In this document: one piece after another, positions 34,081 through 43,686 of the stretch
Position numbering within the stretch: the first letter of the stretch is position 1
Layout of the letters: each line of letters opens with the position of its first letter
Source of the DNA: Octopus bimaculoides
Lineage: Eukaryota
Direction of reading: 5' to 3'
NCBI RefSeq assembly: GCF_001194135.2
Contig: NC_068981.1
Coordinates: 162,137,196-162,180,881 of the forward strand
DNA: 43,686 nucleotides
Program-made: the position numbers and the translations under genes
The notes under the pieces: model-generated
What the model was told of the DNA's origin: nothing
The model's database searches: none
Seen by the model: the letters and a program-made list of their open reading frames with translations, nothing else

Positions 34081-36429
34081 GTAGCTTGGCATGATGACTA
34101 TAAGTTCAACAAAACAAGATGATGCAGTATTGAGAAAAGTAACTTTGTGCCAAGTGTAGAGAGACTAAAGCATGAGAGAGGGAGAGAGGAACAAGTGTTC
34201 TTTTGTAGAAGAGATACATGGATGTTCTAACAGGAAATTGAGAAAGGGTAGTGGAGATGGAGTATCAAGGTGTACCCTCTGGGTTCAAGAAGGTGGATAG
34301 AAAGAGCGCCATTTTCACATTTTTTTGAAGTATCTGTATCCCTTTGTCAAATTAACCAGCATGGAAAAGCTTCTGATTCCTTATGTAATTAAAAGGCACT
34401 CTCTTATATATATATATTTGTTTACCTAATACCAGTGCAGTGCTTTATTGTTTAATGAGGTAAAATAGACCTATGGTTTATTTAGTAAGTAAAATGTTAT
34501 ATCGAAAGAAAAAAATTGTAGGCACATGTTCATTTACCAAATCAAGGTACAGAGCAATATGAAGAATTTTTAATGATTTTTTTCACTAAAGATCTGCAAG
34601 AATTTCTTTGGTAACAAAGACACAACTGTCTTTTTTGGGATCTAATTTTTCAGGTACAACATTGCTATAATGTAGTGTTTATTGTAATTTATATTGTTAA
34701 AATTATTTTAAAATTATTAAAAATTACTTTAAAATTGCCAAGATCTCAATTTCTATATATCATACAAAGATTAAGAGACATAAAACTAGTTTGGTCCCAC
34801 ACACCATTTTTGTTTCTTCATAATTTTCTTGATAGTATATTTTCCTTCAAAACTTATTGAATAATGCATATATTTAAATGAAAATTAGCAGGGATATGTT
34901 TGGAAAGTGTTGATTATGAATATGCTCATGTAATTAAAAAAGCCATCTATTTTTCTTTTGCTCAAAAAAAATTGTTCACACCTTTTTTTGTTTGTAACTT
35001 TTTGTTTCAGTAATATGAAATCAAGATATATTTTTGTTGATATTATTCAATATCAACATAAAATTGAAAGGCATGGTAAAAAAAAATTTCCAAACTATGT
35101 TAAGCCTATGACAATATAAAGTGAGAGTATTCAGAAATAATATTTTCTGTTTGTATTGTAGCTGGCTAAATATAAACTGAGAAATTTTTTTACCTCTTGC
35201 CTCCCAATTTCATGTAGATAATGAAAAATATTAATCTGGATAACATCAGTTTTTTTTAATGTTGTGCAACGATCAAGAGCAAGTTATTGAATGCTTCTTT
35301 TCTTTTTGAGTAAAAAACAAAAAAATATCAGTTTGGAAAAAAAATTTCAGCAACATAATTGTAATCTACATACTTGAAAACCCAACACTGCAAAATTTCA
35401 TTAAAACATATTTCATGTTATTAAGAAAGCTATGAGGAAACAAAGTCGGTGGGGACACCAACTGTAGTTATGAGGATTGAAATGGATTTTGTATTGTGTG
35501 TATTATGTATTCAGAGTTGTAAATCATTCATGAGAAAGAAAAATCCCAAATCCAAAAAGTGTAAAATGTGAGCAATATTCAGTTTCATTTCATAATTTCA
35601 TGAAAGGATATAGCATTTATAAACCACATGTGCATATGCTTGAAGAATATTAATAAAAATATTAATAAAGATATTAATAATGTATATATATATTTGGTAA
35701 ATTAATGTTGGAATGTTGGAAGTAAAGATTTATATTTGGTTCTTTTATTTACCACTTTTTTTAGCTTCTATTCTTGAACACATTTATTTAGCATCACTGC
35801 ATATAATTCTCATTTCTTCACCTTGGTGTTCAACAAGAACAAGAAGTTAGAGGTACAATATACATAATTCAACTGAAAGTAAAATATATTCATAGATATA
35901 AAATCTATAATGTTATATCACAAGTCCACCATAATTTAATTACGAGCTTAATATCTCACCCAATAATTCAAATGCCACTAATTTCCTGGTGTGCTGTTGC
36001 AAATAATCAAATAATAAACTTCCATCTAGATCTAATTAGATATAAGACTCTAAAAAAACTTTAACATAAAACGAAGCAACAACAGAAACAGCAAAACTAA
36101 ACCCGGTCCCAAACACAAATGGGGATATAATCAATAAGCTGAAGAACTTGCACAAGACTGAACTGCAAAGGGAACATATTATAAATAACTATATATANNN
36201 NNNNNNNNNNNNNNNNNNNNNNNNNNNNNNNNNNNNNNNNNNNNNNNNNNNNNNNNNNNNNNNNNNNNNNNNNNNNNNNNNNNNNNNNNNNNNNNNNNNN
36301 NNNNNNNNNNNNNNNNNNNNNNNNNNNNNNNNNNNNNNNNNNNNNNNNNNNNNNNTATATATACATATATATATCACAATAAAAACAATTTTCATCTAAA
36401 TGAACATAGACAGCCCATCATCAGATGCT

Positions 36430-36690
36430 CTATTGGAAATCATTAAGCTCATCAATTCTAGGGTGAATGGTTATCAATGCAAGTCACATGTCACCTTGCA
36501 CATATAGATGGCTTTTGTATTTCCTTTTTATCCTTGCTAATGGAGAAAAAGCATTTTTCTATGAAAATATGTTGAGTTAAATGGAAGTATAATGTGTAAT
36601 TTCTTCGTTGAGCTGATACAATGGCAATCTTCCATTTTGTGATCCAGAAAGTGAATCTGCTGAACTTGGCAGCTCTTAGCATAATAAAAT
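36430..36690 (-). pseudogene. hAT (Charlie/Buster-like) C-terminal dimerisation domain fragment
   Basis: Across frameshifts: FTFWITK.. / LHIILPFNSTYF / IEKCFFSISKDKKEIQKPS, resembling FW...ILLPFxTTYLCExxFS..IKxKxRxRL. Confidence 0.55.
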
Positions 36691-37054
36691 TGCTTCAGAT
36701 TTTGGCAAAAGACCAGCAGTTTTTTAGGGGAGAGGATAAGTTGATTACATCAGCTCCAGTTCTTGACTGGTACTTATTTTATCAACTCTAAAAAGGATAA
36801 ACAGCAAAGTTGACCACAGCAGAATTTGAACTTAGAATGTAAAGAGCAGGAAGAAAGAAGTGTCAATAAAGTGTTTTGTCTAAAGTGTTAACAATTCTGT
36901 CAGCTAAATTCCCTAATTGGCACAATAAAATGAAAGTAAAATAATGTCCAGCAGCATTGAACTAAAATTTTGACAGAAGAATTAAACTACAAAAATATTT
37001 TGCTTTTAAAGTGGAAATTTGTTTTGGCACACTGGTAGCATCATGATCATTATT

Positions 37055-37350
37055 AAGAGGAGTACTACTTCTTAGGGACGGTGGAATGATCTTGTGCCTG
37101 TCTCCAGTTAAAGCATCCCAATTTTTGCCTGTTATTGGTCAGCATGTGTCATCAATGAACGATTTGATTTATAATTGATGGATTTGTGCACATCAGCAAC
37201 TGCCAAACCGCTCAAAGTTAAGCCACAGTCTACACTATGTTGATCCCAACCATACGACTTTACACATAAACACTATAGAAGGGACAGGAAGTAAAATTGA
37301 ACAGAAACACTGGGCAATCTCTTTAATACTTATTTATGGGAATTTTGCAA
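37055..37350 (+). pseudogene. Merlin / IS1595-like DDE transposase fragment
   Basis: SQFLPVIGQHVSSMNDLIYN*W..HQQL..SKLSHSLHYVDPNHTTLHINTIEGTGSKIEQK, then frameshifted LFNTYLWEF. Resembles LLPxIxxHV..I.SDxW..NHSxxFVDP..HTNTIE..YLxEF. Confidence 0.6.
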
Positions 37351-37419
37351 GTGTTGTTCTCCTACACTGAACAATCTATGCGTTAGAGAGTATTAACCTA
37401 TGCTATAATTTTATTTCGT

Positions 37420-37575
37420 TGCTGTGTGGTAAGAAGCTTGCTTTCCAGCCACATGGTTCTGGGTTCAGTCCCACTGCATGGCACCTTAGGCAAATGTCTT
37501 CTACTATAGCTTCAGGCTGACCAAAGCCTTGTAAATGGATTTGGTAGCTGGAAACTGAAAGAAGCCCATCGTATT

Positions 37576-37626
<51 letters not shown>

Positions 37627-37762
37627 TTGTATATCTGTGTTTGTCCCCCCCAACATCGCTTGACAACTGATGCTGGTGTGTTTACGTCCCCATAACTCAA
37701 CAGTTTGGCAAAAGAGACCGATAGAATAAGTACCAGGCATACAAAGAATAAGATGGTGCTCC
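37420..37762 (+). mobile_element. SINE family C with tRNA-like head
   Basis: gctgtgtggtaagaagcttgc...gggttcagtcccactgc, core, (TG)n, tail running into a gap. Confidence 0.85.
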
Positions 37763-38088
37763 NNNNNNNNNNNNNNNNNNNNNNNNNNNNNNNNNNNNNN
37801 NNNNNNNNNNNNNNNNNNNNNNNNNNNNNNNNNNNNNNNNNNNNNNNNNNNNNNNNNNNNNNNNNNNNNNNNNNNNNNNNNNNNNNNNNNNNNNNNNNNN
37901 NNNNNNNNNNNNNNNNNNNNNNNNNNNNNNNNNNNNNNNNNNNNNNNNNNNNNNNNNNNNNNNNNNNNNNNNNNNNNNNNNNNNNNNNNNNNNNNNNNNN
38001 NNNNNNNNNNNNNNNNNNNNNNNNNNNNNNNNNNNNNNNNNNNNNNNNNNNNNNNNNNNNNNNNNNNNNNNNATAAATATTCTTTTTT

Positions 38089-38128
<40 letters not shown>

Positions 38129-38294
38129 GTATGTATGTATGTATACAGAAAAAAAGAGAAAGAGAAAGAGACAGAGTATCTTTCAAATACCATACATACA
38201 TTAATTTTCGGTTTATTAAAATTATCTCCATCTCGAGAGGAGCTCAAGAGTCAATAATTCTCCAGAGTCTACACACGATTAAAGAAAGGAACAG

Positions 38295-38506
38295 GCTTAT
38301 TGTCCGGAGATAAGAGGACTATTGTGGACATGTGCTCCTGACCAAACAGCCATCATCAGCATGTTAATTGTCTGACCTTATCTCCAGAAGCTAAGGGACT
38401 TAGACAAAAATGGAATAGAACACATTTGGACAAATTTCATGTTGTTGATGGTTACTGAGCCTGAAACACATGTCCTTGACTGTCCTCTTATCTTCAGATG
38501 ATAAGC
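38295..38506. mobile_element. Imperfect foldback / MITE-like palindrome
   Basis: gcttattgtccggagataagaggactattgtggacatgtg versus cacatgtccttgactgtcctcttatcttcagatgataagc. Weaker pairing continues inward. Confidence 0.65.
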
Positions 38507-38829
38507 ATACTCTTTCCTTTATGGCATGTCAGCTTTGGTGAATTCTTGAATCTTGTGATTATCTCCCCTTCTCAAGTGGTGATGGTCTTAATTACCATTT
38601 GATAATTATGATACAACTTCTAGAAGTGGATATCGATTTTAATAAATCAAGAATTTATCTTGTATAGTATTTGATATATCTGTATTTCTCTATGTTGTTC
38701 TAACATGCTGCTGGTTCCTGTGAGTTATTTCTCTTAACTCATTCTTTACACACACACATGCATCCACCCATGCATGCAGGCATGCATGCACACACACATA
38801 CACACACACACACATTTTCTTATGCTGGT

Positions 38830-39900
38830 TTCTGTGTTCTGAAATAAACTTCCAAACTTTAAGGTTCAAAGAAAACAAATCTTTCACTTTCATTTTACTG
38901 TTGAATTTCTAGCAAAGGATTGTTGCTGCAAGGTTCAGTGGTTTCATTTTCTGGTTTATCAAACGAAAAATTGCTGACACAGATTCACTCCAGAAGCTTT
39001 GAAAATTAGAAGGCTGGAAAAACATTTCCAAAATAGCATCAGTTTTCATATCGATAATTTCTTCTTTTATATCTTGCAAAGCTTCTTCAATATCAGACAT
39101 AAATGGATTTGTTATTCTATTGTGCTTTTTAACTGGAATCTCAGAAAAAAATTTATACCTGAAGTAGTCGCAAATTTTTTCTAGATCTTCAAGAAAGCAA
39201 TGTATGGTAGCAGCTGTTGTTTCAGAAATAAAAAGTCTCTGAATCTAGATGTGGATCACATGACACTATTACATACAGTAATAAATCATATGGAGTGCAG
39301 TGTGAGACTTTGAGCATGCACTCTCACCTTTGTCCAAACTATTCTTGCACATCTGTTGTCATTAACAAACAAAAATGCTGTCATTGCATCTATGACAGAA
39401 AAGAGATATTTGCACCAAGTGAAACAGTTCATGGATGTCTGTTGCAAGATGTGTGTCAGCAATGTTAGTGGATTGTGGTAGCTGTTGAATTTCATAGCTG
39501 AGTGAGTGGCCTAAGTCCTTGCTGCATGTTGACTTTAGCTGTTTCATACCCACTCACTAATTACTAGATGAATCATCTATGTACACCTGATGGTCTATTA
39601 AAAAAAAGGTGCCAAAGAGAAAACTGTTAATGTCATTCCAATACGTGGCTTTTCCAAAAATGGTTAGATTGCTTGGTACGACTGGGATTCTAATGAGATG
39701 AGCATATGCTGAGTCTATTGTGTTTTTGCTGGTCAGGCCAGCTACTGGAAATAACTGAGTTCTTAATGTTTTTACCATAGACCTAAATGGTTAGCTGCTT
39801 GCTGATATCATCAATCCCTGACAAAATCCTGTTTAGTATTTAGAACACAGTGCTTTGGCTTCATTTTCTTGACAATGAGCTGTTGTTTGGGCTTCTGCCA
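38830..39900 (-). pseudogene. Decayed hAT transposase (ZBED5/Buster-like)
   Basis: RILSGIDDISKQL; ATYWNDINSFL...IDDSSS; EEIIDMKTDAILEMFFQPSNFQSFWSES; LAATILC*KFNSK..KDLFS..FISEHRNQ. Many stops. Confidence 0.6.
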
Positions 39901-40524
39901 ATACTCCTGCTACAATTCTAAGAGAATTTCAGACAATGTCTTCATTTTAAAAAATATCAATATTCTATATTTTTGAATTGACAATCAGAATAAAGATTAA
40001 AAAAAAAGTAAAAATAGACTTAGCATTTTTAAACTCAAGAAAGAAAAATATCTTAAATTAAATACAATAGATTCTTAGCTCAAAGAAAATAAAGTAAAAT
40101 AAAAATGCTTTAAAAGCCATTAAGAACATTTATTCATTTTGCAAAATAGACTTAGGGGAGAGAGTATTCAGTAAATTTTCTAATAGACTTGATCTCAGCT
40201 GAAAAAGCAGTCTGTTAGCCGCTGCAAGATTTTGCTTTTAAAAGGTAATTTGGTAGAGTTCTGATTGGAATCAACCATATAACCAGCTGAAACATTTTTG
40301 TTTTTCGTTGTCTTTGACAATTTTTTCAGATTTAGATACTTTCAACAGAGAAGATTACAAATCTAGGGGAAAAAAATTCGATGTTACATATTTTTTTTTT
40401 TTTAATTTCTACTATCTACGTTTTATTTTTATTTTTCTATTTGATTTGTGTATTTGCAAAAGTGGACATTATGAGTCAGCCAAATAAATTCTTCAAGATT
40501 TCAAAATAACCATAGGTACCATCA

Positions 40525-40950
40525 TGGCTGTGAGGTTGAAAAGCTTGCTTTGCAACCATATGGTTTCAGAATCAGTACCACTGCATGGCACCCTGGGCAA
40601 GTGTCTTTTACTATAGCCCCAGGCCTACAAATGCATTCTGAGTGAATTTGGTAAACAGAAACTGTGTGGAAACCTGTTCTATATATATGTTGGTGTGTGT
40701 GTGTGTGCATATGTGTATGCATATGTACATGTATCTTTGTGTTTATGTTTGTCGCTCATTCACCACTTGACGATTGGAGTTGGTCTGTTTATATTCCTGT
40801 AACTTAATGATTTGGCAAAAGAAGCCAATAGAATAATTACCAGACTTAGAATAAGTACTGGGGTCGATTTGTCCCGCTAAATTCTTCATGACAGTACCCC
40901 AGCATGGCTGCAGTCCAATGACTGAAACAAGTAAAAGATAAAGGATAAAA
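40525..40950 (+). mobile_element. SINE family C, diverged full-length copy
   Basis: atggctgtgaggttgaaaagcttgc...caccctgggcaagtgtc...cagcatggctgcagtccaatgactgaaacaagtaaaaga. Confidence 0.8.
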
Positions 40951-41029
40951 ATGGTTTTCAAAACTAAAAATGAAAAAAGTTACAGCTAATTCTCCTTCAC
41001 AGCACAAGAGAAATAATGGTAGCTTCTTT

Positions 41030-41260
41030 TATTTCGTCTGTGTGTGGGTGTGTGTGTTAGTGCCTCTGTGTGTGAATGCTTCTGTGTATGTGAGTGCCTC
41101 TGTGTGTGTGTGTATGTGTGTGTGTACATCTGTGAGTATGCATGTGTGTATGTGTATGTATATGTGTGTGTATGTATGTGAGTTCCTGTGTGTGTGTGTC
41201 TGTGCATGCATTTGTGTGTGCGCGCATGTGCATCTGCAAGTGTGCATGTGTGTATATATA

Positions 41261-41307
<47 letters not shown>

Positions 41308-41543
41308 ACAAATAAATTATGAAAGTTTCTTTTCTTTTTTATGTATGTGTATAACAGTACATTTATTATATGAAAATCACACAGAAATATAGTTATAATA
41401 TTATGCTACTACCTTGATCTATGTGCAGTACAGCAAACAGTAAGTCTGTATTAACATTTTTTAGAGAGAGAAAGAGATTCTTTACACTTTCTTTCAATAA
41501 TTTCTCTGCAAAATAAAATATGATGCCAGTGCTTTAACTCTCT

Positions 41544-41602
<59 letters not shown>

Positions 41603-42132
41603 CCTCTTATATATAAAACTGAATTTATTGCAATGCCATCACATTTACACGCACTCACATACATACACTCAAACACACATATACTCAAAACACACACACA
41701 TGCACACACACACACACATACACACACATAGATGCATGCGTGCGCATATCATGAAATTTTTTGAAAAATTAAAAAAAATTTGGCAGATCATATTTTTCAC
41801 TTTTTCAAACATATATATAAAATANNNNNNNNNNNNNNNNNNNNNNNNNNNNNNNNNNNNNNNNNNNNNNNNNNNNNNNNNNNNNNNNNNNNNNNNNNNN
41901 NNNNNNNNNNNNNNNNNNNNNNNNNNNNNNNNNNNNNNNNNNNNNNNNNNNNNNNNNNNAAAATACAAAATCTGAAAAAAAAAAAGTCAAAAAAGGTAAA
42001 ACTTAGTAGGAAGGTAACATTTTTTAAAAACAGAAATTTTGAATTTTTTTTTTTTCACAGAATCATAATCTTCTCTGTTGAAAATATATATATATATGTA
42101 TATATAAATGTACTTTCTCACACACACACATG

Positions 42133-42190
<58 letters not shown>

Positions 42191-42219
42191 CACACACACA
42201 CACACACATACATACACAT

Positions 42220-42260
<41 letters not shown>

Positions 42261-42404
42261 AACACACAAACACACACACACATACACATATATACATATA
42301 TATAAATATGTATGTGCATATATATATGGTGAATCCAAACAAGGGAGAACAAACATGAAAAAACAACAACACGAGAACGTGGTACAAGTAATGCATTATC
42401 AGAC

Positions 42405-42439
<35 letters not shown>

Positions 42440-42545
42440 GGTACATACATATATATATGTAGATATATGTATATGTATGTATGTGTATGTATATATATAT
42501 GTGTGTGTGTGTATATGTATGTATATATGTATGTATGTATGTATG
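41030..42545. repeat. Large degenerate dinucleotide field ((TG)n, (TC)n, (CA)n, (TA)n)
   Basis: Directly visible. Explains the His/Thr, Val/Cys and Tyr/Ile ORFs here. Confidence 0.9.
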
Positions 42546-42869
42546 CAAAGAAATTGTTGTAAGAAAAATGGAGAGGTAAGAGCCAATTATATGGTGTGCT
42601 CTGATCAGAGCTTTGCTTGTAATTGTATTATAAATTTCATAATTTGCACTTCTATAATTTTATAATTTTATATGGTAAAAATGTCAAGGCAATCTTTCAA
42701 ACTTTACACATATGATATAACAGATCACTGTCAAAGTAGCTGCATTGATTCAATGTGAAATGGATGCACTAATTGTCATCATGTGAGTTTGTGTATCTAT
42801 GCAGTGTGTTAGAATTGTATGATTTGAGTGCAGCTGTTTGGATGCTGGCAGTTTGGCATGGATGACTGG

Positions 42870-43130
42870 ACATAGAACTTGTGTTGGCAACAGTGCTTTT
42901 TTGGCACAGGAGGCAAACACACACCCACACACATACACACACACATTCACATGTGCATGCTGAAATATACATGAAATATACATGTACAGATGTAGAAAGT
43001 GAAAGAGAGAGAAAGTGAGAGAGATTACAATTTATTAATTGAACATGGTTGACATGAACACTTTGCCTCTCCTCATACACATAAAGAGAAAGAAGATCAC
43101 ACACATAAAAAAGGTGAGAGATAGAGAGAG
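42870..43130 (+). repeat. Dispersed repeat homologous to 3950-4210
   Basis: Same two unique blocks in the same order, separated by (CA)/(GA) tracts. Confidence 0.65.
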
Positions 43131-43196
43131 AGAGAGATGTGTAGAAAGATAGATAAATAGATAGATAGATAGACAGAGATATAGAGAGAGAGAGAA

Positions 43197-43232
<36 letters not shown>

Positions 43233-43327
43233 TGAGAGAGACAGCAAAATGTCTGATGTCAAATAAACCAATGTTTGGTTGCTGATTTTTGACTTACTGA
43301 CATCACCAAACCAGTTGTGCCAAAACA

Positions 43328-43500
43328 ACTCTTTTATTCTCTTTTACTTGTTTCAGTCATTTGATACTTATTGTATCGATCTCTTTTGCCAAACCGCTAA
43401 GTTATGGGGACGCAAACACACCAGCATCGGTTGTCAAGCGATGTTGGGGGAGACAAATACAGACACACAAACATATATACACACATGCATATATATATAT
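43328..43500 (-). mobile_element. SINE family C, 3' part, internally deleted
   Basis: cttttacttgtttcagtcatttga...ctcttttgccaaaccgctaagttatggggacg. Confidence 0.8.
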
Positions 43501-43561
43501 AGAGCCGTTGGAAGAGGCAACAGGATATCTTACACCGCTAAGTTTGAAAGTTTGGCATATT

Positions 43562-43599
<38 letters not shown>

Positions 43600-43686
43600 C
43601 ACCGTCATCGTCACCTTCACTGTTATTGCTACTAGAACATTAATTGCTACTAGAACATTAATAACTTGTATAAAATGAACTTCTAC

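Noticed and set aside
34330-35700. Possible piggyBac subterminal region
   Set aside because: No GGG-TTAA terminus found, and the AT-rich sequence could not be assigned.
40190-40390. Possible host micro-exons (ag|ctgaaaaag...aaaag|gtaatt and a strong acceptor near 40330)
   Set aside because: Short, no recognisable protein motif, and weak donors. Not supportable without RNA data.

Overview
AT-rich eukaryotic draft-scaffold sequence with six long N-gaps and two 10-N gaps. The repeat families look like those of an octopus or other coleoid cephalopod (inferred from repeat recognition, not a database match). I found no supportable host exon, tRNA or rRNA gene, or CRISPR array. The window is a transposon graveyard plus microsatellites, and most listed ORFs are microsatellite or gap artefacts. 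Retroelement fossils: five R4/Dong-like non-LTR pieces (four directly abutting (AAT)n), several RTE-like LINE pieces (one with a 5' inversion), a Gypsy integrase tail with PPT and 3' LTR, and a Penelope-like element with GIY-YIG domain and a hammerhead-ribozyme motif. DNA transposon fossils: a piggyBac transposase split by a retrocopy, two hAT pieces, a Merlin/IS1595-like piece, Helitron/Helentron-like ends, a TTAA-flanked MITE family and a TA-flanked MITE. Several tRNA-derived SINE families with swapped tails are also present. The best leads are the hammerhead motif (27637-27727), a dense hairpin cluster beside it (27821-27954), a perfect 44-bp inverted repeat inside a decayed LINE (2118-2301), and the AAT-associated element community. 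Repeat boundaries were read by eye and are approximate unless base-level evidence is given.
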